DNA from: a virus
DNA length: 64,000 bases
Reading direction: 5' to 3' (one strand)
Virus record (IMG/VR): IMGVR_UViG_3300009503_000019
Coordinates: 32,001 to 96,000 of that record
Shown here: piece after piece, positions 28,750-38,311 of the stretch
Numbering within the stretch: position 1 is the stretch's first letter
How the letters are laid out: every line of letters begins with the position of its first letter
Made by a program: the position numbers and the translations under genes
The notes under the pieces: model-generated
Databases searched by the model: none
Seen by the model: only the letters and a program-made list of their open reading frames with translations
Told to the model about the DNA's origin: nothing

Positions 28750-29127
28750 ATGTACTACGATGAGTTTGATCTTTTGATAGAATTAGAGAAAGAAGCAGCT
28801 TTAGAAAAAATAGCACAAGGTAAACTTAGATCAGTTTTACGCAAAATTCCATTGCTTGGTAGATTAGTAAAAGCCCCGCCTCGTCCTTTAACCAGAACAG
28901 AAAGATTAGCTGCAAGATTGGGGGCATTTGCAACAAGACATCCATATCTTTCTTTAGGAATTCCAGCAGCTGGATTAGGCCTTGGTGTAGCAGGTGGATA
29001 TCTTCTTGGTAGCAGAATGGGAGGTATTGGATTAGCAGCGGGTCAAGAACCTCTTACAACTGAATTAGCAGCTGATCAGGAACCTCTTACAATAGAGGAT
29101 TTGGGATATTATCTCGGTGAGATTTAA
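28750..29127 (+). CDS. Short-leader paralog with Gly-zipper helix and 11-aa tandem duplication
   Basis: EKEAALEKIAQ; AAGLGLGVAGGYLLG; LAAGQEPLTTE/LAADQEPLTIE. Confidence 0.65.
   Translation: MYYDEFDLLIELEKEAALEKIAQGKLRSVLRKIPLLGRLVKAPPRPLTRTERLAARLGAFATRHPYLSLGIPAAGLGLGVAGGYLLGSRMGGIGLAAGQEPLTTELAADQEPLTIEDLGYYLGEI
29031..29097 (+). repeat. Two imperfect 33-bp tandem copies (in-frame)
   Basis: ATTAGCAGCGGGTCAAGAACCTCTTACAACTGA / ATTAGCAGCTGATCAGGAACCTCTTACAATAGA. Confidence 0.75.
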
Positions 29128-29588
29128 TGATAGTTCCTAAGAGAATAAATAAATATTCTCATATCGCTCTTCTCAAAAAAATTGCACAAGCAGCGGAGAC
29201 TGCAACAATAACAACAGAAAAAGCATTGAAGAAACCTACACCTCAAATATCACATCCTAAAATTTCGCAGCAAAAACCATCTGCTCAGAAGAAATTTGAA
29301 AAGATGGGTTCATTCGAGAATATTGCTATTAAATATGCTAATTTCTTGAATAAAGTTGGTTCTTCTATATTACCCACATTAAATATCAATATTGACAATG
29401 AAATGAAAAAAGAAGCGATTAAATGGTGGCCCTGGATGAAACGATTGGGATTACTTGGAGCAGGATATTATCTTGGATATAGATCCGCAAAGAGCAAATA
29501 TGGTCCGCAGCCCCCACCAGAAATGGCGAATCCCCTTGAAAGTGGTTATTTTCTTACACCTGAAATGGAATATGGAGGTATGAAATGA
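29127..29588 (+). CDS. K-x-A-motif protein with hydrophobic helix
   Basis: KKIAQ, KYAN, KKEAI; LGLLGAGYYLGY. Confidence 0.55.
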   Translation: MIVPKRINKYSHIALLKKIAQAAETATITTEKALKKPTPQISHPKISQQKPSAQKKFEKMGSFENIAIKYANFLNKVGSSILPTLNINIDNEMKKEAIKWWPWMKRLGLLGAGYYLGYRSAKSKYGPQPPPEMANPLESGYFLTPEMEYGGMK

Positions 29589-29917
29589 CAGGACCAGAAA
29601 AAATAAGAACTTTATTTAAAGTAGCTTCACAAGTGATAATTAAACTTGCAAATGAGAATAAACAATTGAAAGCTAAATTAGATTATTATGAGAAAAGGGC
29701 TAAAGCGGAGAAAATAGTGGATAAATTGATTCGTGCTGGGCATCTTTCAGAATTTCAAAAAGAAGCAAAGATAAATGAATTGATGAAAGATGATCTCAAA
29801 GCATGGGAAAAAGCAGCTTCTTTAGTATCGACAATGACTTCGTTAGGAGAAACCGTATCTCCAGTTCAATCAAATGATGCAGAAAATGAACTCATTAAAG
29901 CTTTATTGAGTTCGTAA
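29585..29917 (+). CDS. Coiled-coil scaffold-like protein
   Basis: KVAS, KLANENKQLKAKL coiled coil, directly upstream of decoration/MCP genes. Confidence 0.55.
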   Translation: MTGPEKIRTLFKVASQVIIKLANENKQLKAKLDYYEKRAKAEKIVDKLIRAGHLSEFQKEAKINELMKDDLKAWEKAASLVSTMTSLGETVSPVQSNDAENELIKALLSS

Positions 29918-29938
29918 AAAAAAGAAGGAGGTTAAAAT

Positions 29939-30355
29939 ATGGCGCTGACAGAACTAAAACTGAGACTTTTAAAAGCAGCAATAGGTGTTACCGAAGAAAA
30001 GGTGAGTTTAAGTACAGCATTTAATGAAGGTATGGCTCTGGTATATGATGCAACTGCCGGAGCCTGGAAAGCAGGTAATGCAACTGATGGAAAGGTTCCA
30101 CTCAGAGTAGTCTATTTTGGCTATGCATCAGATCGACCGGATGTTATGCAACTCGGGCAGTGTAAAACAATTGCCGCTCCATGCGTGATAACCGTTAGTG
30201 TAGACAACGTTATAACTGCAACTGGTAGAATTCCAACTGCAGGAAGTGGAATTATCATAACTGGTGGTAAATATGCAGCTGTGAGTGGTACTGAAGTTCC
30301 ATGTGGAATGTGCCTCGGCGTGAAAGGCGATGAATACGAGATTGAACTCTATTAA
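29939..30355 (+). CDS. Probable head decoration/cement protein
   Basis: Beta-rich 138-aa protein immediately upstream of MCP. Confidence 0.55.
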   Translation: MALTELKLRLLKAAIGVTEEKVSLSTAFNEGMALVYDATAGAWKAGNATDGKVPLRVVYFGYASDRPDVMQLGQCKTIAAPCVITVSVDNVITATGRIPTAGSGIIITGGKYAAVSGTEVPCGMCLGVKGDEYEIELY

Positions 30356-30367
30356 GGAGGTGAAACA

Positions 30368-31339
30368 ATGTACGGAAATACAATGAGATTATTCTTAAAT
30401 AAATTAGACACAGGTTTATCAAAAGAGGCACAAGGAGCCCTTGCAACAGTAATAAGAAGAAAAGTTCGTGAAAGAGGTATATCTCCAAGAGTTATTCCTT
30501 TTGAAACAATAAGTCCAGGAGATGTGAGAATTCAGAGAGATCTTGATAGAGATATTATCTATTTTGTTGGTGAAAAAGAAGCTGATTCTTATGCAATGGT
30601 TCTTACTCTTGAAGGTAAACCCGGTATAATTGAGCCCAGAGGTACAAGATTTAGGGTTGATTTCTATCAGTTTGCAACTCCGAAAGTCAAAAAGCATGAA
30701 ATCAATCTTCTTTCCTATACATATTCATTTGAAAAATGGTTAGAAGAAAATGTTGTATATGATATTGAAGAAGCTTACGATACCAAATTCTTAACACTTG
30801 CTTTGAGATCGGCTGAAACGACAAATCAGATTGTTCAAACTACAAGTGCAAAATTTACACTTAATGATTTAATTGATCTTCAAAAAGTATTAACTCAAAC
30901 AAAGAAGGCTTCTGATGCTAATATTGTAGTTATGAATAAAACTACATTCCTTGAGTTCTTATCACAGGGTACAACAGTATTCGGTGATGTTCTGCAGAAG
31001 GAAATTGTAATCAATGGATACAAATATCAAACTCTACTTGATACTGCATTTGTCGTAACTGAAAATAATGTTGTCGTTCCTCCAGGAATAGTTTATGCAT
31101 TTGCAAAACCTCAGTATCTTGGTGTAGTTCCAGTTCTTCATGATATAAAATTTTTCATCAAGAAAGAAGGACCAGAAGTTGAATGGAATACATGGTCAAT
31201 ACTCGGAATGAACATTGCTAATGCTTATGGGGTTGCGGTTTTAATTTATGGCTCTAAAGGTTGGTCTGTTAAAAATGGTAAAATCACATATACAGTAGAC
31301 ACTGTTGATTACACCGAACCACCATATCCTGAGAAGTAA
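30368..31339 (+). CDS. Major capsid protein (probable HK97 fold)
   Basis: Position after protease, scaffold and decoration genes; strong RBS; followed by terminator; EEAYDTKFL..., GxVPVLHDIKFF pattern. Confidence 0.7.
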   Translation: MYGNTMRLFLNKLDTGLSKEAQGALATVIRRKVRERGISPRVIPFETISPGDVRIQRDLDRDIIYFVGEKEADSYAMVLTLEGKPGIIEPRGTRFRVDFYQFATPKVKKHEINLLSYTYSFEKWLEENVVYDIEEAYDTKFLTLALRSAETTNQIVQTTSAKFTLNDLIDLQKVLTQTKKASDANIVVMNKTTFLEFLSQGTTVFGDVLQKEIVINGYKYQTLLDTAFVVTENNVVVPPGIVYAFAKPQYLGVVPVLHDIKFFIKKEGPEVEWNTWSILGMNIANAYGVAVLIYGSKGWSVKNGKITYTVDTVDYTEPPYPEK

Positions 31340-31362
31340 ATTGTTGTTCTTTTGTATAATTG

Positions 31363-31390
31363 AAGGAGGGGTAAATCCCCTCCTTTTTTT
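31363..31390 (+). terminator. Rho-independent terminator after MCP
   Basis: AAGGAGGGG-TAAAT-CCCCTCCTT followed by a T-run. Confidence 0.85.
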
Positions 31391-31417
31391 CTTTTTAAAC
31401 AAAAATAGGAGGTAACA

Positions 31418-31786
31418 ATGGCAATAAAAATACAAAGTGCAGTAAAATATTTAATATCATTAGGGGAAATAATTTTTAATCCTGGAATAATTTATGAACT
31501 TTCAGACGAATTTTATAATAAACATAAAGATGTACTGGATAATCTTGTTAAGAATGGGTTATTAAAAAGAATAGATATACCAGATATTCCTTCAGCATCA
31601 TCTGAGACTGATGAATCATCTAAAGAGGAACCAAAAGTTGAAATAGAAACTAAAGTAGAAGAGAAAAAAGAAGAAGAATCTATACCTAAATTAGAAGTGG
31701 ATGCAGAAGTTGTAGATGAAGTTGCAAATCTTTCTGTTGAGGAAGATTCTTCAAAAAGAAGAGGAAGAAGAAAAAAGGCGGATTAA
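31418..31786 (+). CDS. Hypothetical protein with acidic tail
   Basis: GGAGG RBS; small N-terminal domain plus E/K-rich tail. Confidence 0.55.
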   Translation: MAIKIQSAVKYLISLGEIIFNPGIIYELSDEFYNKHKDVLDNLVKNGLLKRIDIPDIPSASSETDESSKEEPKVEIETKVEEKKEEESIPKLEVDAEVVDEVANLSVEEDSSKRRGRRKKAD

Positions 31787-31841
31787 CATGTATAATTATT
31801 TTCTAATACAATTTTCAATATTATGAAATAAGGAGGTTAGC

Positions 31842-32111
31842 ATGTATAATTATTTTCTAGCACAAGCTTTAATTAAAGAAGCAACGGCGTTAGAGCTTTT
31901 AAGGGAAGCGCGATTATTAAAATTAGCTGCTCGTGAAAGTTCTCTAACTCCTGAAGAAAAACTTCGTCTAATAGGACGTGGTGCATTATATGGAGGCCTA
32001 GTAGGACTTCCAGTTGCAATATCTGGCATAGTAGCTAAAGATCCAGAACTTGCAGCAATACCTATAGGAACTGCAATTTTAGGTTCTATTGTATCAAGAT
32101 CACTATTTTGA
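31842..32111 (+). CDS. KEATA-leader paralog with two hydrophobic helices
   Basis: QALIKEATALELLREARLLKLA leader. Confidence 0.65.
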   Translation: MYNYFLAQALIKEATALELLREARLLKLAARESSLTPEEKLRLIGRGALYGGLVGLPVAISGIVAKDPELAAIPIGTAILGSIVSRSLF

Positions 32112-32136
32112 TTAAATTTTAAATATTTAATATAAT
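32108..32136 (+). promoter_or_regulatory. sigma70-like promoter for neck genes
   Basis: TTGATT-N17-TATAAT. Confidence 0.55.
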
Positions 32137-32142
32137 TATTCT

Positions 32143-32550
32143 ATGACATTAGAAGAATTGATAACAAAAATTCGTGATTTTTTGAGAGATTATTCAGAAT
32201 TAAATGAACTGTTGGATGCTAGAGAAAATTCAGATGAATTATTAAAAATGTCTGTAGAATTTATTTTAAATGATTTTAATCAACAGCCTCCTATTACTAA
32301 TTTTGATATAGATGGGTTCCCTTCTATACCTCATTTAATAATGGGTGCATCTGCACATGCATTGCAGAGTGCTATGGTATGGTATTCAAGAAATAGAATT
32401 AATATTAGTGATGGTGGGATCAGTTTATTATATAAGGACAAAGCAGGGGAATATGCAAATATAGTATCAGGTTTTATGGAACAATATACTAGATGGAAAA
32501 TGATGTATAAGAAAGGAATGAATTTAGAACAATTCTATGGCATTGGATAA
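32143..32550 (+). CDS. Probable head-tail adaptor
   Basis: Helical 135-aa ORF after MCP; NISDGGISL motif. Confidence 0.5.
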   Translation: MTLEELITKIRDFLRDYSELNELLDARENSDELLKMSVEFILNDFNQQPPITNFDIDGFPSIPHLIMGASAHALQSAMVWYSRNRINISDGGISLLYKDKAGEYANIVSGFMEQYTRWKMMYKKGMNLEQFYGIG

Positions 32551-32579
32551 TTAAACTTAAATTTTATATAATTATTTGT

Positions 32580-33341
32580 ATGAAATTTACTTCAATTAAA
32601 GTTTATTATTCATATCCAAATAATACCGTAATTTACTGGGAAGTTTCAAATGTACAAGGAGCTGTTAAATTTGCAATTGAAAGATCTCTATCTCCACAGA
32701 ATGGATTTGAAACTGTAGTGGAAAATATTGAACAAAATTATTATATAGATTCGTTGCCGATTATTAATAGAAATGTTTATTTTTATTATAAAGTGCGTGG
32801 AAAAGATGATTCTGGGGAAGTAATATCAGAGCCAACAGCGTTACCATTTCCTCCAGATCCAATATTGAAATCAGTACTGAAAATGGAGAATCACTGGTTA
32901 AGAAAATTTGTTCAGAGACCTATTAGAGTTTATATTAGAAAAAAATATGGAAAAAGATGTCTTTATTGTTGGGATGAATTGAAACAAAGAGTAACCAGAG
33001 AGAAATGTGAATATTGTTTTGGAACAGGTTTTGAAGGTGGGTATTATTCTCCTGTTGATGCATATATACAAATTATGCCTATGCCGAAACAGCAAGTTCC
33101 TTCGCCTGTTGGAATTCAAATGATAAACGAAATAGAGGCATGGATGACTAATTATCCATTAGTTTCATCAGGAGACCTGATAAGTGAGAAGGCAATGTCT
33201 TATAAATACAAAATTACTCAAGTGTATCCGACATTCTGGAAAGGATATATAGTGAGACAACAGTTAAGATTACATATGATAAACCTGGAAGATATTGAAT
33301 ATGAAATTGATAAATTAAAAATAATTGAGGAATTGAAATGA
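32580..33341 (+). CDS. Probable neck/head-closure protein
   Basis: Ig/FN3-like N-terminus, CLYC...CEYCFGTGFEGGY zinc finger. Confidence 0.5.
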   Translation: MKFTSIKVYYSYPNNTVIYWEVSNVQGAVKFAIERSLSPQNGFETVVENIEQNYYIDSLPIINRNVYFYYKVRGKDDSGEVISEPTALPFPPDPILKSVLKMENHWLRKFVQRPIRVYIRKKYGKRCLYCWDELKQRVTREKCEYCFGTGFEGGYYSPVDAYIQIMPMPKQQVPSPVGIQMINEIEAWMTNYPLVSSGDLISEKAMSYKYKITQVYPTFWKGYIVRQQLRLHMINLEDIEYEIDKLKIIEELK

Positions 33342-33715
33342 TAAAAAGAGAAGAATGGCTTAAATTATTAGCTACTGCAATAGAAGGAAAATTGATATCA
33401 TTATTGCAAGCACAAGGATACAGAAATATTGCTCATTCCGTATCAGTGAAAGTTAGAAATGGAGAGATTGTTATTAATATTACACATCCAGCATTTGAGT
33501 ATTTAGATCGAGGAGTACGACCATTCCAGATGAAACCTCACGATAAAGCAGTACCAATAAAAAAAGGGTATACCATAATTTTTAGAAAAATTACACCCCA
33601 ATCGCTTCAAAGAGGACGATGGAGACATCCTGGAATAAAAGCTCATAAATTTATTCAAAGAGCAGTGAATGATGCAATTAATCAAATGGTAAAGATTTAT
33701 GGGAGGCCTGAATAA
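33338..33715 (+). CDS. Probable neck/tail completion protein
   Basis: FEYLDRGVRP...WRHPGIKAHKFIQRA pattern typical of neck proteins. Confidence 0.5.
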   Translation: MIKREEWLKLLATAIEGKLISLLQAQGYRNIAHSVSVKVRNGEIVINITHPAFEYLDRGVRPFQMKPHDKAVPIKKGYTIIFRKITPQSLQRGRWRHPGIKAHKFIQRAVNDAINQMVKIYGRPE

Positions 33716-34311
33716 TGCAGATAACAGATATCATTAAAGATAATATTTTAAAAATCCTAAGAGAAGCTTTTATACGACATCCGGAATATCCTTTTAATTC
33801 AGATCCATTAGAAAGTAAAGTTATTATATGTGATTCTTATGCAGCAACATTAGAAGATGTTGAGAAAAGACCATTGATTGTATTAATGCGCCCAGGATTA
33901 TCAATTGCAGAAGTTGGAGGTGCCTCTAAATTTGTAAATAGAAAAACTGGGGCATATCAAATAACTATAAACGTAGGAACCACAATTGAAATAAATTGTG
34001 TTGCAAAGAGCGGAATTGTAGCAGAAAGATTAGCTTCTTTCATAGCTTTATTATTTATAGTAAATAAAGATGAATTAAGAAAATATGGGTTCCATAAAAT
34101 TCAATCTGTCGGTATATCTGGAGAAATGCCTCAAGAATTTACAGAACGAGAAGAAAAGGTTATTGTTTCAGTATCTATACAAACAATATTGATGTTAACA
34201 TTCGAAGTTGTTCCTGAAACACTGGAAATTAAAGAAATTGGGATTGAAGTTCAAGCTAAACCTTCATTACAAGAACCTGCTTCAATCATTGATAGAATTA
34301 AGATTAAATGA
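33715..34311 (+). CDS. Probable tail terminator protein
   Basis: Position before sheath; alpha/beta pattern. Confidence 0.5.
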   Translation: MQITDIIKDNILKILREAFIRHPEYPFNSDPLESKVIICDSYAATLEDVEKRPLIVLMRPGLSIAEVGGASKFVNRKTGAYQITINVGTTIEINCVAKSGIVAERLASFIALLFIVNKDELRKYGFHKIQSVGISGEMPQEFTEREEKVIVSVSIQTILMLTFEVVPETLEIKEIGIEVQAKPSLQEPASIIDRIKIK

Positions 34312-34312
34312 T

Positions 34313-34341
34313 TTGACTTATTTTTTTGTTTTTGATATTAT
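34313..34341 (+). promoter_or_regulatory. sigma70-like promoter for sheath/tube operon
   Basis: TTGACT-N17-TATTAT. Confidence 0.6.
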
Positions 34342-34363
34342 TACTTAAAATAATTATTGGAGG

Positions 34364-34789
34364 ATGAAAATGCATTTGTATCTAAGATCGCGAATAAACC
34401 AGGCAAAATTAGAAAAATTAGCCCAATTTGCACCAGAAGTATTTCTTACTCCTAAAACAAGAAGTGTGTTTCGTGCATTAGCAGAAAGATTAACACGAAC
34501 TACTCCCACTCTTGCGGAAGAATACTTTAAACCAATGCATAGAATTTGGTATGACACAATGAGAAAGATCCCTGCACCATATGATTGGTTAGGGGCTTCG
34601 GAACGAGCTATGAGACATAGAGTGTTTTCAGAAGTCGAACGTGCACCTAAAATTTTAAGAGAAGCATTTGGAATTCCTTTTGAAGAATCAATGGAATTGA
34701 CTCATAGAATTGATCCAGAGATTATTGCAGAAAGATTAAGACAAGATTTATTAAGAACTTTTGCAAGGAGATATCCATGGCTAAAATAA
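34364..34789 (+). CDS. Arg-rich helical protein with EKLA motif, overlapping sheath start
   Basis: GGAGG RBS; KLEKLAQ; 13-nt overlap with the sheath gene. Confidence 0.55.
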   Translation: MKMHLYLRSRINQAKLEKLAQFAPEVFLTPKTRSVFRALAERLTRTTPTLAEEYFKPMHRIWYDTMRKIPAPYDWLGASERAMRHRVFSEVERAPKILREAFGIPFEESMELTHRIDPEIIAERLRQDLLRTFARRYPWLK

Positions 34790-36903
34790 CAGCACCACAT
34801 ATTGAGATTTATGAGTATTATCGTGTCGTTGCACCTGCTGTAGGACCAACCCGACTCATGGCTAATATTGTTGGTCCTCTTTATAAATTGAAAAAAAACG
34901 AATACAAAGCTCCTTATGATGGTAATTCAGATGTGTTGATTACATTCACTGTGGAACCTAATACGGAATTTGATGAATCCTATGTATCATTCAAATTAAG
35001 AACTTTATATGGAACTGAATATGACTTGCCTATTGCTAAATATGATTTATCCAATTATCCATCAGTTGCCACAGATTCTGGAATATCAGTGACTGCAAGT
35101 GGCGGAATAGCAGTTAGGCCAGATGATTTTATTGAAATTACCGATCCTATTCCATTAAAAGGCAAATATAAAATCACAGCAGTCACATTCGATGGAACAA
35201 AATATACAATTACTTTAGATGGTTGGATTACTGGATATACATGTTCAGTTAAAGCAAAAGTATTGGTATTGAATCCTGTTAGAGAAGCGACTGCTCAATA
35301 TAGAATCAAAGCATATCAGGGATTAAATGAGCATCCTGTTTCTATTCCATTCACAGGAGTTACTGCTACATTAGATACAACTGCGAATACAGTTTTAACA
35401 TTTGCATTGGCTAATGATATCAAACATATTATTGATGGAGATACGGTTTATATAACGAGTAGTACAGATACTCATTTAGCAGTCGGTTCCTACAAGATAA
35501 TTCAAAAAGCGTCTGCTACAACATTAACAATTCAACATGTTGCAGGAGTAACTGGATCTTCTACAGTTGCAGGATATTTCATTTATGGCAGCTCTGTGTC
35601 CACTGGAAAAATATATTCTAATTCCAGAGCACTGGATAAATCTCAAACTGATATTATTACAATTAATTCTGTACAGGATTTAGAGAACAGATTTGGGGAA
35701 GTTGATCTGGATAATCCGTTAGTATTTGGCGTTTATATGGCAATGCTTAATGGTGCTACTCCCTGTTATGCACAGGCAATTCCTTCTAATGATGAAAGTG
35801 GCTACGCAGCAGTTACTGATATATGGGATAAAAGAGATTTTTACGTAGTAGCTCCTCTTACAGATTCTGATACTGTTATTAATAATTATCATACTAAAGC
35901 AGTTGCTCTTTCTGCACCAGATGTTGCAAAATGGAAACGAATAGTTGCAGGAAAATCTGTTCCAAAAATAACATCTATATTTACAGGAAATAATACAAAT
36001 ATGACTGGCGGACTTGTCAAAGTTGATGATTCATCTTTCAGTGTAACATTCACATCAACTACTAATATTCCATGGGATAAAGTTGTTGTTAATAAGACGA
36101 AATTTAAAATATCAAATTGTTCAGATTCTCATTTCAATGGTGAATATTTGATAACTGCATCTTCTCCGGCAGATAGAAAAATCACATGTTCTGGCGCAAT
36201 AGGTAAAGATCAAACTACACTTACATTCAATTGCTCACTAATTAATCCAATGTCTACTGAAGAGCAAGTAGATACTTTAGCATCTTATGGAGAAATTTAT
36301 GCATCAAGATTGATATCTATAATAATTGGTGATGTTTATACATCAATCAATGGAACTGACACAGCAATTCCTACTTATTATGCTGCAGCGGGATTAGCTG
36401 GTATGGTAGAAGGATATGCTCCACATGTTCAATTTAATGGATATCCCATTGCAGGAATAACCAAAGTTGAGAATACATGGGATATATTTACGGAAGATCA
36501 ATTATCTACAATTGCAGGTGGGGGAATAATAATTCTTGTTCAGAAAACTCCTACTTCACAACCATACATTAGAAATCAGTTAACTACTGATGTTAGCGAT
36601 TTACTCAAAAGATCTTTATCTGTAGTAAAATCAGTGGATTATTTCAAAAGACTTATTTATGATAATGTGGTAGATTTCTTGAAAGGATGGAATGTTGTTG
36701 CTGAGGCAATTGAGGGATTACAAATAAAATTACAGGCAGTTATAAACTTTGCAAGAAGTTTCAATGTGCCAAAAGCAGGAACTTTAATAGTCAGTGCTAA
36801 TATTGATCAGATTGTTCCACAGGATAATGCAATATCAATCACAATTTCGGCAGTATTTCCTAAGCCACTTGAAGTAATTAGAATTGAATTATATATAAGT
36901 TAA
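34777..36903 (+). CDS. Contractile tail sheath protein
   Basis: FGEVDLDNPLVFGV, YYAAAGLAG, RNQLTTD, RSLSVVKSVDY, C-terminal FPKPLEVIRIEL. Confidence 0.85.
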   Translation: MAKITAPHIEIYEYYRVVAPAVGPTRLMANIVGPLYKLKKNEYKAPYDGNSDVLITFTVEPNTEFDESYVSFKLRTLYGTEYDLPIAKYDLSNYPSVATDSGISVTASGGIAVRPDDFIEITDPIPLKGKYKITAVTFDGTKYTITLDGWITGYTCSVKAKVLVLNPVREATAQYRIKAYQGLNEHPVSIPFTGVTATLDTTANTVLTFALANDIKHIIDGDTVYITSSTDTHLAVGSYKIIQKASATTLTIQHVAGVTGSSTVAGYFIYGSSVSTGKIYSNSRALDKSQTDIITINSVQDLENRFGEVDLDNPLVFGVYMAMLNGATPCYAQAIPSNDESGYAAVTDIWDKRDFYVVAPLTDSDTVINNYHTKAVALSAPDVAKWKRIVAGKSVPKITSIFTGNNTNMTGGLVKVDDSSFSVTFTSTTNIPWDKVVVNKTKFKISNCSDSHFNGEYLITASSPADRKITCSGAIGKDQTTLTFNCSLINPMSTEEQVDTLASYGEIYASRLISIIIGDVYTSINGTDTAIPTYYAAAGLAGMVEGYAPHVQFNGYPIAGITKVENTWDIFTEDQLSTIAGGGIIILVQKTPTSQPYIRNQLTTDVSDLLKRSLSVVKSVDYFKRLIYDNVVDFLKGWNVVAEAIEGLQIKLQAVINFARSFNVPKAGTLIVSANIDQIVPQDNAISITISAVFPKPLEVIRIELYIS

Positions 36904-36927
36904 AAATAAATGAAGGAGGTATAAAAA

Positions 36928-37626
36928 ATGGCATTAGTGCCTAGTTGGGATTTTAAAAATTTTCATGTTTATCAAAAAGCGAAACCTGTATTTGTCAACT
37001 ACGAAAGTGTATTAATATGTTCTGCTCCTGCAAATAATGAAGATTTAGCTAATGGTGAACTTGTCCCAATTGGATTGGTTGAGAATTTTGGAGTTGGATT
37101 TGGATTGCAAATGCAGAGAATATTCGAAATTGGTTCTTCTCTTAATTACATAGTTCCAGGAAATGCTATGGGTTCAGGTTCAATTTCTACTGTGATATAT
37201 GGTGGACCTTCTTTGTTATCACTTTTATATGCTTCATATAAAATGTCTTTTGCTAATACCGATGTGGTAATAGCTTCAACAATACCTGATGGTTATGATT
37301 TATCAAAACAATTAAAAGAACCACCAGGGTTTCCTATTTTGCATACTGATCAGCAAACATATCCGAATAAATATGGATTCTTTGGGTTCGATTTAGGGTC
37401 TAATTTGTTCAATAGACCATTCGGATTGATGGTAATATTTCATGATATAAATAATACACCTTTGGGAGCTATTTTACTTGAAGATTGTTATGTTTCAGGT
37501 TCTCAATTTGGAATGAGTGCGGGTGCCGTTGTTTTGATGGAAACTGTGACATTTACTTTTGAGCGCTCTACACCTTATACATTAGCTGCAATGGCAGGAG
37601 TTGAAGCTGCAGGCGCAATTGTATGA
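36928..37626 (+). CDS. Tail tube protein
   Basis: Follows sheath; PIGLVENF, QRIFEIGS, LEDCYVSG motifs. Confidence 0.75.
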   Translation: MALVPSWDFKNFHVYQKAKPVFVNYESVLICSAPANNEDLANGELVPIGLVENFGVGFGLQMQRIFEIGSSLNYIVPGNAMGSGSISTVIYGGPSLLSLLYASYKMSFANTDVVIASTIPDGYDLSKQLKEPPGFPILHTDQQTYPNKYGFFGFDLGSNLFNRPFGLMVIFHDINNTPLGAILLEDCYVSGSQFGMSAGAVVLMETVTFTFERSTPYTLAAMAGVEAAGAIV

Positions 37627-37644
37627 TTGTAATCAATAAAATAA

Positions 37645-37998
37645 ATGATTACGATTAATAAAATAAATGAACCAAAAACAATTTCTCCTTCTGCATTTAC
37701 TCGTCCTGTAATATTCATATTTAAAGGTAAGATGTTGACATTACAAATTAGTGAAAAAAATAATGATTTAATTGTAAATCTACAAGCACCTTTAAATATT
37801 GATAATTTTTTCTATGAGCAGATTCCTATGATGATAATTAAAGGTCTTTCAGATATTATTCCTGAGACCATACAAGTGCATATTTATATTCATTCAGATA
37901 TTAAAGGACATTCTATAGTATTTGAGAATGCGAAGAATCATCCTTTTTATGATATGTTAAAAGAAAAAATTACAAAAAAATTATTATCTATGTTTTAG
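37645..37998 (+). CDS. Hypothetical protein
   Basis: ORF after the tube gene. Confidence 0.5.
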   Translation: MITINKINEPKTISPSAFTRPVIFIFKGKMLTLQISEKNNDLIVNLQAPLNIDNFFYEQIPMMIIKGLSDIIPETIQVHIYIHSDIKGHSIVFENAKNHPFYDMLKEKITKKLLSMF

Positions 37999-38294
37999 TA
38001 TAATTTTCTTATGATTTTTCCATTTAAATTTTTTGTTTTTATTTTTGTAATTCTTGTATTAGCTATTATTGTATCAGATATCTCTTCAAAAATATTATAA
38101 AGTTGTTCTTCAGTATATTGAGATATATCAATTATTTTATTTAAATTAGGGTTGTTAAACAAGAATTGTAAGAAGATTTTATTATTTTTTAATATTAACA
38201 TTGTATTTAATTCTTCATCTGTGATTAAACATCTAAAATATTTGATTTTAGGATTATTTTTTAATTTTGAGACTAATTCTATTATTTTTTCCAT
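37995..38294 (-). CDS. Hypothetical protein
   Basis: Last ORF of the minus-strand RNase HII unit. Confidence 0.45.
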   Translation of the reverse strand: MEKIIELVSKLKNNPKIKYFRCLITDEELNTMLILKNNKIFLQFLFNNPNLNKIIDISQYTEEQLYNIFEEISDTIIANTRITKIKTKNLNGKIIRKLY

Positions 38295-38311
38295 TTTAAT
38301 TCCTCAGAAAG

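Noticed and set aside
24987-29127. RiPP precursor array matured by the ThiF enzyme
   Set aside because: The leader/core layout is RiPP-like, but the genes sit in the capsid operon next to the prohead protease, 20 kb from ThiF, lack Cys/Ser/Thr-rich cores, and share K-x-A with the capsid protein.
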